Shown: positions 43,471 to 55,139 of the stretch, piece by piece
Position numbering within the stretch: the first letter of the stretch is position 1
Layout: the number at the start of each line of letters is the position of its first letter
Origin: Vicugna vicugna
Lineage: Eukaryota
NCBI GenBank assembly: GCA_013265495.1
Contig: MU061464.1
Location: 372,001-436,000, forward strand
DNA length: 64,000 nucleotides
Direction: 5' to 3'
Made by a program: the position numbers and the translations under genes
The notes under the pieces: model-generated
The model's input: only the letters and a program-made list of their open reading frames with translations
Databases searched by the model: none
Told to the model about the DNA's origin: nothing

Positions 43471-45534
43471 CCTAAAACCAGAGCTCGGCTCGTCCCCCAA
43501 ACCCCGCGGCAGGTGTCTGGTGCCCTGTCAGCAGTTCCAAAGGAGGTTTTGCAACGTGTTGACATCCGGTGACATAAATCTGCCCCAAGCTAGGATCCTC
43601 CTTCGCTCCTTAGTGTTAGAGAAAGGGTTTGACGTGTCTCTGCATCTGCCCTCAGCGTTCCGACTTGCTTCCTCTGTGAGGCTGCCTGGCGGCAGTGAAA
43701 GGGCCAGGCCCCGAGGTGAGGGAATTATTTTCCCTCGCCGGCTGTTCGTGGCGGCGTGGCCGTCCTGGCTCACGGTCGTTTACTTAGAGATGAGAAAGCT
43801 CTGTCTGGGTCACGTGACGCAGAGTAAATGTGGTGGAGAGTGACATTCGCCAGGTCCAGAAAGGCGGGTGCACCCGGGCACGGTCACGTCTGCCGGGCCC
43901 TCCGGGCAGGTGTGACTTTCCAGCGCGACGTTTCAGACATGACTCTCGCGCGGCTGCCAGCCCAGGCGGCTCCGGTGCCTGCGTCGCCCTGACCTTTGTT
44001 TTCACTGGGTCTCTTTCTTCCGCTGCTGGCAGGCCCCTGTACTCCACCGTCTGGGCTGGGGCGAGTCGGGTATTTGTGGTCCGTGGAGAGAAAGAACCCA
44101 CTTTGACAGGGAAGAAGCTGCTTAGAAGAAAGGAGGAATGAAGGAAGTTAAGGAAACTACAGTTCCCAGCCCTGCGGGCGCCTCTACACGCCCCCTCCCC
44201 TCCAGACTTGTATTCTGGTGTCCTGTTTGGCCTTCCTTCCTTCCTTCCTTCCCATTCAGATTTGTTCTAATATCTTACCCAATGTGAGCTCAGTTTGGTG
44301 GAGCGAATGTTAACCAAGACATGAACTGCCATTTGAAAGCCTTTATGTGTATTTTATACCTTTGACCCCTTGTAAAGTACTAGAGCTTTTATGAGCCAGC
44401 GCAACTCGTGGACAATCGAGCCCAGGAATCTCCTCACCCCCCACAACCACAGTTCAAGCCAGTGGTGCCCGAGAAAGCCTGTGGCTGGAGCAGTAGGAAG
44501 GAACTCAGACTCAGCCTGGAAAAGGTAGACACGCTTTGAAATATTGTAATCAGTGATTCTGTTATTTACAGGACAACATTAGCGCAAGGATACACACCAA
44601 GTATGGCCTCAGCTCTCCCACCAGCCAGAGCTGAGGACACAGTGAGTAACACGTGTGCTCCGTGGCAGTGAATCAGACCGATGGCATTTGTTTTGGGGGA
44701 GTAAGTTAACGCTACTCATGCTAAGCCTTAGCTGCTAAAATCTAATTGTGTGAAATCAAATTAACTTCCTGTGTGTAAACAGAGCCTCGTACCAACAGTT
44801 CCACTGCCTGCTCTCTGTCACTGGACCTGAGAAGCTGCAGTCTGGTGGCCAGAGTTCACGCTGCTGGAACCGTCTCACGGGCAGCTCACTTCCCACCGGT
44901 GTGCCTTTGCGTCTGCGTCTGTGAAGTGGAGTTAATGAGTGTCGACCTTACAGCACTGCTGTGTGGACCCAGTGAGTCAGCGCGCACGAAGCACTCGGGA
45001 CAATGTCTAGCACGCTGCGTGCTTGGTGTATTTTAATGGTTTTCATTGATGATGAGATAAAATGTTTCTAAAATATTTGGAAGAGCTGTCTGGAAGCACA
45101 TGCGCGCGCACACACGCACACTGGAAGGACGAGCCAGCTGGACACAGTGCTGTGGCAGCCAGAGCCCGCGAGTGGCGCTGCCTGAGTAGGACCCTGCTGT
45201 GCTTTTCTCTCCTTTCAAAAGCCAGCAAAGACGAGTCGCTGGGGACTTCGCGTCTCACAAGCAGCTTTTCATACATTTATTAATCTGTTTATTTCACTTA
45301 GCAAACCAGAGAAACCAGACTTTGTATTATTAAGAAGCCTCTTTGGTTGGTTATGAGTGTTTCTAAGTAGTTCTCTCAACTTGGGTCAGACCCAGTGACC
45401 CACCTGGCCAAAAGCCTGATGATCGGTTTCCAAAGACAGCTGCAAGGAACTCTGTCTTGGGCTAATTTATCGGGTCCTCGTAAGGCATGTTCACTATTTT
45501 AGTTGCACAGGGGATAAGGGATTGATGGCTGGTA

Positions 45535-46108
45535 CAGCAAAGGGAAAAAATTGTTTTCTCTCTACCCATCTTAGGCTCACTGGCGGAGCCCTGTAAATTA
45601 GACAGACGAGATGAGACATTAACGAGAGAAAATCAAGCAGGCGTTGTGTTATTAACAAGTGCATCGCGTGTACCCCCAGAGGCGAGTAACTCAAAGGAGT
45701 GGTCAGGACCTGGGCTTACGCAGCATTGTAGCAACCACAACAAACCACAGGGAACTGACAAGACAGAGGAAAAGGACTCTGAGCTTCCAGGGACGGCAAA
45801 CTGTGGGGAGGCAAAGGAGTGGGGAACAGAAGGCAGGGAAGGGCTGGTTTCAGCCAAGCAAGTTGTGCAGGTCCTCTGGGGCCATCTCTGAGCCGAGAAG
45901 GGTCCAGCGTTGTCTCCAGCGATGAACTTCTGTGCTTTCTGGTGGAGAGGAGAGACAGGAAACTTGCAAACGTGTGTCCTGCTTACGGGCAAATGGGGGG
46001 AGGGCGGAGAGCGTTTCTTGTATCTGCTGCTTCTCAGTTGCCTTTAGCTCAAAATAACCCTCCCGCCAAAGCAGCACATCTGGGGGAGACGTACTCCGCT
46101 CCACTTCG
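45535..46108 (-). mobile_element. MER34/MER39-like ERV1 solo LTR
   Basis: tatctgctgcttctcagttgcctttagctcaaaataaccctcccgccaaagcagcacat is the antisense of the MER34-group 5' end. ctctctacccatcttaggctcactgg...gtaaattagacagac matches the 3' part. Confidence 0.7.
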
Positions 46109-46514
46109 CTGAGCTGGGCAGTGTTTTGTACTTCTTTTTGGTTAGCTTGAAACTTGTACAAAGACTGGTCACTGGGGCTGAACGTGTTCAACCTTGTCTA
46201 GTCTACGCAAGCGGGTGAAAAGTCACTTTTGTGATCACAAATAGCTGGTCATCGATTCCTTTAAATAATTTATCTCGGGTATATTGTGTGTACCCTAGTT
46301 TTAAAATACCTGATCTCCAAATGCCAAGTCTACAGAACAGATGGCTAAGGGGGCGATCACTCGAGAAGCACAAAGAGACTTTTCTGCCATTTATCAAGGT
46401 TAGCTCCTCTGAAACTCACAAAAAAGGAGGCTAACCACGCCGTTCGGGAAATGCATCTGCTGGTTATAGCGAAGCACACTTGCACTTTAAACAGAATGCT
46501 CATTTAAAAAGGAC

Positions 46515-46730
46515 TTGCCGACATGGATGGACCTGGAGAGCATCACGCTAAGTGAAGTAAGCCAGGAGGAGAAAGAAAAGTGCCGTACGACATCGCTTCT
46601 ATGTGGAATCTAAAAAAGGACACAAATGAACTTATCTACAAAATAGAAACAGACTCAGAGACATAGAGAACAAACTTATTGTTGCCCGGGGGAACAGGAC
46701 GTGGGAAGGGACAGACTGGGAATTCAAACC
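46515..46730 (+). mobile_element. L1 3' end fragment (ORF2 C-terminus/3' UTR, artiodactyl/L1MA9-like)
   Basis: acatggatggacctggagagcatcacgctaagtgaagtaagccagg encodes TWMDLESITLSEVSQ, followed by cttatctacaaaatagaaacagactcagagacatagagaacaaactt. Confidence 0.85.
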
Positions 46731-46734
46731 TGCA

Positions 46735-46830
46735 CCTCCTGGGGAGGGACGGAGGTGGTAGCTGTCCTGACTGTGGTGGTGGCTTCCTGGGTGTGTACGT
46801 CCTTCAAAGTTCTCACCGTCCAGGTTTGCA
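46735..46830 (+). mobile_element. Older L1MB/L1MC-type 3' UTR fragment
   Basis: gtcctgactgtggtggtggcttcctgggtgtgtacgtccttcaaagttctcaccg. Confidence 0.5.
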
Positions 46831-48976
46831 CTAAGCCTCTCTGGTTATCCTTCTGTCACTTTGTTAACTAGAGAAGAAGAGAGAGTGAGGGGCGCTTTTG
46901 CAAGGTAACACAACCCACGCAGCCTTTCCACGGCACGGTTAACCCTGCGGGTCCCCATCCACACGTAGGCACAAATGACGATTCTGTGTAAAGCGCCGTC
47001 TGAGAGCCCATGAGGCCTCAGCCTGACTTGAAGTTTCAGCTCCACTTACTGCATTGTTAAACTCGAGACAGCCACGGGCCGGGCTTGAACACAGCAGGTT
47101 TCACAGCTTTATTATGTCAAACACCAACCCTCCACCACACGCACTTTTTGTTTTAAAGATCCCCTTTGGAATTCAGTTGAACCAGCAAGGAAGGGGGTGA
47201 GGACAGGGAAGGTGGGGTGCAGAGTAAGTTAGGGAGACTGCTCAGGCCGGTTCGTTCATTTCTTCAAGGAGCAGTCCAGCTCCCTCCCCGCGCAAGCTGG
47301 GCAGTGGGCCAAATGCGCGGTAGATCAGATGTCCTTGGCCCTACCCAGCGAGAGTCCAGTCTGGGCTTTGTCTTCTGTGCTGGCCCTGCCCCGCCTCTCA
47401 CCAGGTGCGACTGCCGCAGCAGGACAGTCAGAGGACAGGACGGGTCCTCGGAGTCCCAGGGCAGAGGCAGAGCGTGACGCCACATGCAGCCAGCTGTGGT
47501 CTCGCCCCGCCTTGCGGTCTCCCCCCTCCCCTCGCGCCCCTCGCGCCGCGTGCTGGCCCTAAAGGACGCGGCTTGCGCTGTTTGCTCACTCTTTAGTCTA
47601 AGTGTCCTGATTACAGAAGCAGCACATGCTCACCGTTACATAAAAGTCAAATATTACAGAAATGCATGCCCTTGAAAACACGCCACGCCAGCCCTCAGAA
47701 CTGCACTGACTGTGTTTGCTTTTAACTCTCCGCAAAAGGCAAAGCTTTGCCGCAGCCCGCTGGTGTGCGCGCTCCCTCCCCTCTGATCTCCGTCCTCCCT
47801 TCAGTCTCATTTCCCGCGGGCCTGCACTTCGGGCCTCTGCGCGAGCTGCCCCTTCCGCGCCACGCTCTCCCCGGATGCCGTGTGGCTCCTGTCCGGGTCC
47901 GCTCGGGCTGCCAGAGCCAGATGCCACGGACAGGGCGGCTTCACCAGCGGGCCCCGGTTTCTCACGGTGCTGGGGGCAGAAGTGCAGAGCTTGGTTTCTG
48001 GGGAGAACTCTCTTCCTGCCTTGCAGTCAACCGCCTCCTGCTCTGTCCCCGCCTGCCTTTCCTCAGTGCTGCCTCATGGCCTCACGTAGCCTCAGTCTCT
48101 TCCTTAGAGGCCCCACCTTCAGATGCAGCCGTTCAAGGTGAGGGCCTCACACGTGAGCCTGGGAGGGGGGGCGCAGAGCCCCGGGCCATGGCCGCTTCCT
48201 TCTGCTGCTCCTGGTTGCACTCCACCCTCTCAGCGAGGCTCTCTGGCCTCTTCTTAAGAACACTGACTCGTTATCTCTCTCGGCCTGTCGGCCCGCTGGC
48301 CTCGCTGGGGCCGCTCGGGGCTGCGGCCGTCTGTCCGCTCCGCCGAGGCGGGAGCAGGCGAGCCGCCTCACCTCGTGGCTGGGCCCCGGGGCTGCTGGCC
48401 ACAGGGCGTCTCTCTTCGTGGGGCGTCTTGTTCTTCTACAGCCTGGGCCAGGCCCCTCACACAGCAGCATGGACGTTTCAAAGGGGCAAGAGCGGAAGCG
48501 TCAAGGCTCCTCCGGGCCTGGGCCCCGACGAGCACGTCAGGAAAAGCAGAGCCCAGTGCAAGGGGCTGCGGGCCCAGCGCAGCACGCTTCGCCCGGGTCA
48601 TCTTGGTGACGGCCCGCCCCTCGGTCCTATCTACAATTACACTCTGCCCTTGCTGGCTTTGACACTTACTACCCTCGGCTAACAAATGACCGATTCTGCC
48701 TGAGAAGCGTTTGCGCACAGATGTATCTCCGTCTCCTGGGACAGAGGCTGGAATGGGGGACACTCAATAAAGATTTGTTAAGTAACAAAAAGCCTTCACT
48801 TGAAAATGTCTCCCAGAATCCTGCATATGTAATGTATTGTAACTTCAGTCATGCTTTTACTGTTCAAACGCACTTTCCCGTAGAATGGTCCCAGTGCACC
48901 TTTCACACGACCTCGTGAGGCAGGCAGGCCCTGGCAGCTTGCCTAGGGACACGCAGCTGACAAGGAGAGAGCTTCT

Positions 48977-49133
48977 TTTATTTTTGTTTAAATAATTTGC
49001 TCTTTCTTTCTGGGGGGGGCGGAGGGGAGGTAATTAGGTTTATTTATTTATTTTTAAATGGAGATTCTGGGGATTGAACCCAGGACCTCGTGCATATTAA
49101 GCACACACTCTACCACTGAGCTGCACCCTCCCC
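48977..49133 (-). mobile_element. tRNA-Ala-derived camelid SINE (vic-1-like), full length, with TSD
   Basis: Reverse complement reads ggggagggtgcagctcagtggtagagtgtgtgcttaatatgcacgaggtcctgggttcaatccccagaatctccattt...aaacctaattacctcccc. TSD agagagcttct at 48966-48976 and 49140-49150. Confidence 0.92.
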
Positions 49134-49398
49134 TCAGAAAGAGAGCTTCTGACTTCACGTCCCAGGCTCTCTACCCACCACCGTGCAGCCCTGCAGGTGA
49201 AACGCACCTCCTGCTTCTTGCATTTCCCTCCCCAGGGCTTCATGCACGGGGAGCTCTGCAGAGTAGATCATTTTGGTTACCCAGCTGACTACAGGCATGC
49301 AGCCAAGAGAAGCAACGTTATGTCTCTGAAACCTCCCCCACAGAGGCCAGAACTTAAAGGCCTGGATGATCCAGAGCCATCAAGACACTGAAGGGGAA

Positions 49399-50580
49399 TG
49401 GACCAATGGAACAGAATAGAGAGCCCAGAAATGAACCCACAAACCTTTGGTCAACTCATCTTCGACAAAGGAGGCAAGACTATACAATGGAATAAAGACA
49501 GTCTCTTCAGCAAATGGTGTTGGGAAAACTAAACTNNNNNNNNNNNNNNNNNNNNNNNNNNNNNNNNNNNNNNNNNNNNNNNNNNNNNNNNNNNNNNNNN
49601 NNNNNNNNNNNNNNNNNNNNNNNNNNNNNNNNNNNNNNNNNNNNNNNNNNNNNNNNNNNNNNNNNNNNNNNNNNNNNNNNNNNNNNNNNNNNNNNNNNNN
49701 NNNNNNNNNNNNNNNNNNNNNNNNNNNNNNNNNNNNNNNNNNNNNNNNNNNNNNNNNNNNNNNNNNNNNNNNNNNNNNNNNNNNNNNNNNNNNNNNNNNN
49801 NNNNNNNNNNNNNNNNGGTATCACCTCACACCAGTCAGAATGGCCGTCATNNNNNNNNNNNNNNNNNNNNNNNNNNNNNNNNNNNNNNNNNNNNNNNNNN
49901 NNNNNNNNNNNNNNNNNNNNNNNNNNNNNNNNNNNNNNNNNNNNNNNNNNNNNNNNNNNNNNNNNNNNNNNNNNNNNNNNNNNNNCTTACCATATGACCC
50001 AGGAATCCCACTCCTGGGCTTGTATCCAGAAGGAAATCTACTTCAGGANNNNNNNNNNNNNNNNNNNNNNNNNNNNNNNNNNNNNNNNNNNNNNNNNNNN
50101 NNNNNNNNNNNNNNNNNNNNNNNNNNNNNNNNNNNNNNNNNNNNNNNNNNNNNNNNNNNNNNNNNNNNNNNNNNNNNNNNNNNNNNNNNNNNNNNNNNNN
50201 NNNCATTTGCAGCAACATGGGTGCTCCTAGAGAATGTCATTCTAAGTGAAGTAAGCCAGAAAGAGATAGAAAAATACCATATGAGATCGCTCATATGTGG
50301 AATCAAAAGACTCATGGACAGAGAATACAGACTTGTGGTTACCAGGGGGATAGAGGGTGGGAAGGGATAGACTGGGATTTCAAAATTGTAGAATAGATAA
50401 ACAAGATTACACTGTATAGCACAGGGAAATATACACAAAATGTTATGATAAATCACAGAGAAAAGAATGTGACAATGAGTGTGTATATGTCCATGAATGA
50501 CTGAAAAATTGTGCTGAACACTGGAATTTGACACAACATTGTAAAATGATTATAAATCAATAAAAAATGTTAAAAAAAAA
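49399..50580 (+). mobile_element. Young 5'-truncated L1 (ORF2 C-terminal part, 3' UTR and poly(A)) with a perfect 17-bp TSD
   Basis: Encodes [24 protein letters not shown]...KWCWEN, YHLTPVRMAV, LPYDPGIPLLGLYP and FAATWVLLENVILSEVSQKE. TSD aagacactgaaggggaa at 49382-49398 and 50581-50597. Confidence 0.97.
49536..50203. other. Three assembly gaps (N runs at 49536-49816, 49851-49985 and 50049-50203) within the L1
   Basis: Visible directly. Confidence 0.99.
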
Positions 50581-52539
50581 AAGACACTGAAGGGGAAGGG
50601 TGTCGGGACCTGTCTTTGTGGACCCTGCCCTGGACTGCAGGCACTGTTGGTGTCAAGTCAGACTTCAAGTTGTGTTTCTAACCAGTGGTTGCCGGGTTGT
50701 CCTGGTCTGGACGGGCCTTGGTCGGAGCCTGTTGGGAGCAGACAGCAGTCTCCGCTCAAGCTTCGAGTGGCAATCCCACCCGGAGAAGGTCCAGGTAACG
50801 GGCAAATCATGACGTTACGAGGGAAGGACACTGGACGGAGCAAGTACTCGGCTCTGCACATTCAGGAAAGGCTGGGACGCTTTGCGAGGGTGGAGAGCGA
50901 GGCTTGCCAACTTTCAGGAAATCCCCTTGAGAGACTGCTTGCAGACTGGCGCAAGTGGCAAGTTAGAGGTGAGAGAGGCCATTTTTAAAGTAGAAAGTTT
51001 TATACTTTCTGCCTCATTCTTTCCACTTGTCGCGGTGTTTTTGTTTGCTATTGAACGTCATTCTAAGTAAAGAAAATTTAAAATGTAGACGATTAGCATG
51101 AATTTTACCATTCATCTCTATGTTGTGCTATGTCCATTTTAAATGCAGCTGTAAGAGCATTAGATGTGCATGCAGAGCAGTGAAAAGACACAGTTTGTAT
51201 ATTGCAGCTCAGACATGCACACGATTTGGTTCTTACCAGAACAGTGGAAACGCTGCACAGAACTAGCTCAGCTGCTTCACTTCAGGTGTTGGCGCACGCG
51301 TTCTCCCATTGCTCTACCTGTGGTTTGCTGATGAGGAAGCAAAGACTTGCAGGGAAAGGAGACTTTGGGTTGCCACCTTTCCCTTTCTTCCTGCGTCGTC
51401 ATTTTTGAGGTAAGTGGTTGGCTGATTCAGGGAAGTGACATGGGTCAGGCAGGGTCTAATGTGTTCTTTAGTCAACGGTGGAACAACACTGGCATTTAGA
51501 GCACCATCCCTTCTTTCAGTATTCAACTCAGGTTCTGGTTCACAGAGCAAGTCCTCTCCGGTCTGTGAGCGCCCCGCCCCGTTCCTCCCTCCCAGGAGCT
51601 GGAGCTCACCTGCCTCATTCTTGCCTCGAGTCTCTCTGGGCCCCCAGGCATCCTGGGACCCGTGGCAGTTCTGTGCCCGTGGGACCCAGAATGCACCTGC
51701 AAACGGAACAGCAAGAAGGAGCAGACGCTCACGTGATACCCGCCGCCTCGGCCCACCGCATGCTCCTGTCCCACCAGCGCGGCTTGTAAAATCTAACTTC
51801 AGATACAATGACTTAAAATTCCAGAATGGTAACAGCAAAGCATTAAATCAAATGTGGCCTGACCGGACAGCTCTCGCTGTCTTACAGCAGGCCCTGCTCT
51901 TTCTCCTCGCCCCAGGGGGAGGGACAGCTTGCCCCCAGGGCTGTGCACACGCCCCTCCAACCTCACTCTCCATTGCTCTCAGCACACAGCCGCCCCCCGT
52001 GGCCAGGAGGGCGAGCGCTGGTGTGTGGAGCCACCGCCCCCAAGGCGAGCGGACAGGATCCGTTCTCTCCCTTCCGTTGACGCAGAGTGTGGATTCGCCT
52101 GCTGTGTGCAAAGCGCAAATTCTTGACGTTTAATTGTTCAGTAGACATCAAATACAGTCGGCTGTTAAGTTTCAGGCGTCACAAAAACAGAGGCCACCTA
52201 CCCCTATGGTCTTTGCAGGTTCAGATTTTCGTGCAAATACCCATCTCCAGGGTGTGCCGGGTGGGACTTGCCTGAGCATAATTAATAAACTTCAATGAGC
52301 ATTTTGTCCTTAACATCTGTCATACTTCAGCAAGATGTTCCTTTCTAGTTAGCTGTCTTTGTATGTTAATTTGTCTTGTGTGTGCCTGCTTTTCATTACG
52401 GAAACTTGCAAGAATGTATCAAAGGAGAAAAATACTGTAATAAACCCTAAGAGTGCCTCGTCTGACTTAACTACATCAACGGCTGAGTAACGTGTTTTTC
52501 ATTCCTCTGCAAATTTCCCCGATTACGTTTTTACTTTTT

Positions 52540-53700
52540 CCCCAAATTTTTATTTGGAAAAATTTCAAATCAGTAGAAAAGTTGCAAGAACAGTGTAAGA
52601 ATACCCATGTATTCTTCACCTCAGTTGCCCCATTTTAACATTTGCCTCATTTGCTTCCTCCCTCTATGTGCCTAAATATATGTGTGTGTGTAAGTGTATG
52701 TATGTGTGTGTGTGCGCACGTGTGCACACAGCGATGTGCTGGTCGCTGTGACAACGGGCCCCGGGGCCGAGGTGGGAGCAGGAGGCCTGGTCGGGAGCGT
52801 TTGCTGTCATCCGCGGTGTGCAGATGCCCCCACCGCGGCTGATTTCAAGCTACCGACAGTTTAACAATATATGTAACAGTTATACATGCATGTTAACAAC
52901 GTAAAAAATACATACGGTGTTTAAGCTGTTTTTGTTTGCGGTTGTTTTTGTTCAACCCTTTGAGAGTAAACTGTGGACATTCTGACATTTCACCCTAAAC
53001 ACTTTAGCACATTTCTCCTAAGAACAAGGACGTCATAGCGATCACACGCAGGGAATCTAAACCGATAGAAAGTGCTCTCTAACGTAGCATCTGAGCCAGC
53101 CAGCCCCCGAGACGGCACCCGTCATCGGCCTGCGATACTCACACCTTTATGCGGTTCCCTCCCGCTTCGAATCAGGGTTGGTCCCTCTAAAGAACGGAAT
53201 AAAACAGGGTGGAGGTGCTGGTTGGTGACTTCTAAGTCTAGATCCCGAGGGGCGTTACCGTGGCCCCCAGATTGCTCCCTCGGGGGAAGCCAGCTGCCGT
53301 GGGTTGAGGATGTCCAGGCAGCCCCGTGAAGGGAAGCCATCGCGCCAGCACGGACCTAACAGACACTGGAGTGACTCCCCTCAGAAGTGGAAGCTGCAGC
53401 CCGAGCTGAACCTTCAGACGGCTGCAACTCCGCCAGCCTCGCAGCGCAGCCTCGCAGCAGACCGCGAGCCGGAACTGCCCAACCCAGCCACTCCCAGCCG
53501 CCTAAGCAAAGAAACCGTGAGAAATTAAATGATTACTGGTCTCCTAAGCCATTTCAGTTTTGAATGATTTGTTACACAATAATTGATACACAATTTGTGT
53601 TCAAACTTTCTCCAGACATCCCCAAAATAGTCTTTATTTTCTTGAACCAGGATCTAGTCAAGGATCTTGTGTTGCATCAAGTTGTCATGTGATTATTTTT
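52540..53700 (-). mobile_element. Old L1M (L1ME/L1MC-type) 3' end, fragmented by a TG repeat and an MLT1F LTR
   Basis: ttttatttggaaaaatttcaaatcagtagaaaagttgcaagaacag (52547), ttgagagtaaactgtggacat...ctaagaacaaggac (52960) and ttgaaccaggatctagtcaaggatcttgtgttgc (53640). Confidence 0.7.
53090..53590 (+). mobile_element. MLT1F-like MaLR solo LTR
   Basis: gggggaagccagctgccgtgggttgaggatgtccaggcagccc...gctgaaccttcagacggctgcaac...aagaaaccgtgagaaattaaatg...taagccatttcagttttgaatgatttgttacacaataattgatac. Confidence 0.75.
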
Positions 53701-53709
53701 CTTAATTGG

Positions 53710-54500
53710 ATGTTGTGAGGTAACAGAAAAGATACATATTGGTCTCTGAGGCCCCTGGGCTCCTTAAACTCCTGTGAATTCTTGAGCCATAAGAGCACTA
53801 GGAGCATCTTTTGATCTGGTGAGGGGACTCTGGGTGGGCTCCTCGGGGGGGCTGGTTACCAGAAAGACCAAGCCGTGGTTTCCCCGCCTGACATGCCCCA
53901 GGGAGGAGACAGAGGCTGGCAGCGGAGCTAATTACTGATCCTGCCTACGTGAGGAAGCCCCATAAAGTCCCCAGAGTGTGGGGTCTGGGGAGCTCTCAGG
54001 TGGACCAGCGCACCCACTTACCGGGGAGTGTGATGCACTCCCTCTCCATGGGGACAGAAGCGCCTACGCTCAGGGCCCTCCCAGACCTCGCCTGTGTACC
54101 TCTTCATCTGAGTGTTTATCTGTATCCTTTGTCACATCTCCTAAGAAACTGTAAGCGTAGTATTTCCCTGGGTTCTGTGAGCTGTTCTAGCAAACAATCA
54201 AGTCCAAGGGGGCGGAGGCGGTCGCGGGAACCTCCGGTCTGTAGCTGGAACAGAAGCTGTGGGCGACCCGGGGACCCCCGCTGGCAGCGGGTACTTGCAG
54301 CAGGGAGCCGTCTCCTGGGACCGAGCGTCTAAGCTGTGGAATCCGACGCGGCCTCCAGGTGACAGTGTCAGAACTGAGCTGGGTGGCAGGACACCCAGGG
54401 GACTCTTGGGATGGAAACGCAGCAGCAGCAGCAAAGCTCACTCGTCTGGTGTCAGAGGTCACGCGTGTGAGCGTGAAGGAGAGACCAGGGTGGCAGTTTC
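53710..54500 (+). mobile_element. MER21B/C-like ERVL solo LTR
   Basis: tgttgtgaggtaacagaaaag...ggggctggttaccagaaagaccaagcc...tatttccctgggttctgtgagctgttctagcaaa...gacagtgtcagaactgagctg...aggacaccca. Confidence 0.8.
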
Positions 54501-54544
54501 CACCACACAGGTGCCGCTAAAACGCTTCTCCCTTCTTATTTGGT

Positions 54545-54775
54545 TTTACTTTTCAAAATTTTGTACTGAAGTGTAGCTTATTTACAATGTTAACTCCAGG
54601 TGCATAGCTGAGATTCGATTGTACATACAGACACATTTTTTTCAGATTTTCCACTATATGCTATTACAAGAAATACATAGTAATGTGTATTGTTAATATG
54701 GTTAATATATATATTTAGCAATGTGTATCTGTTAATCCCCACTTTTCCCTTCTCAGCGGCTGCTAATTGGTAATG
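54545..54775 (-). mobile_element. L1 3' end fragment (artiodactyl type)
   Basis: ttgtactgaagtgtagcttatttacaatgt...ccaggtgcatagctgagattcg...ttttttcagatttt ccactatatgctattacaag...tgtgtatctgttaatccc. Confidence 0.8.
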
Positions 54776-55139
54776 CCCCCCAAGCAGCGAGACAGGAAAC
54801 ACAAAGCTTCGACGCTCAGAGTGTTACAAGCGCTAGGAAGGGAGAGGCTAGCGTGATTCACACCTCGCTGGGGAGCCAGCCGGGATCTCCTGTCTCTTGC
54901 CGCTGCATGCTTGTTCTTTGCGAGGCCATTGCATTCATGAGCGTGTCATCTTTCAAGGCCAGCCTTCTGTCTTCCTTTCCTTCCTTCCTTCCTTAAATCT
55001 GATTAGGGTGTCGCAAGTGATTTGTACCAAAACACTGATATGACTCATAATATTTCTGGCTGGTAATTAGGTCAGAAAAAGCCAGATAAACAGAAATCAA
55101 AAACTTGTTCTGTTCCACCATTGCTCTGAACATTAAGAT

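Noticed and set aside
44572-44647. 10-bp stem (cctcagctct/agagctgagg) inside a 70-nt AG...GT-bounded segment
   Set aside because: About one such stem is expected by chance. It lies downstream of the gene with no evidence of a transcript.
47747-48682. 311-aa ORF in the GC-rich patch
   Set aside because: Low-complexity Arg/Pro/Gly/Ala/Leu/Ser composition, non-ATG start (ttg), no recognisable homology; expected by chance at this GC content.
49055-49133. tRNA-Ala-like sequences (also at 32212 and 41745)
   Set aside because: They carry SINE bodies, A-rich tails and (at 48977-49133) a TSD, and their stems are degenerate. They are SINE heads, not tRNA genes.
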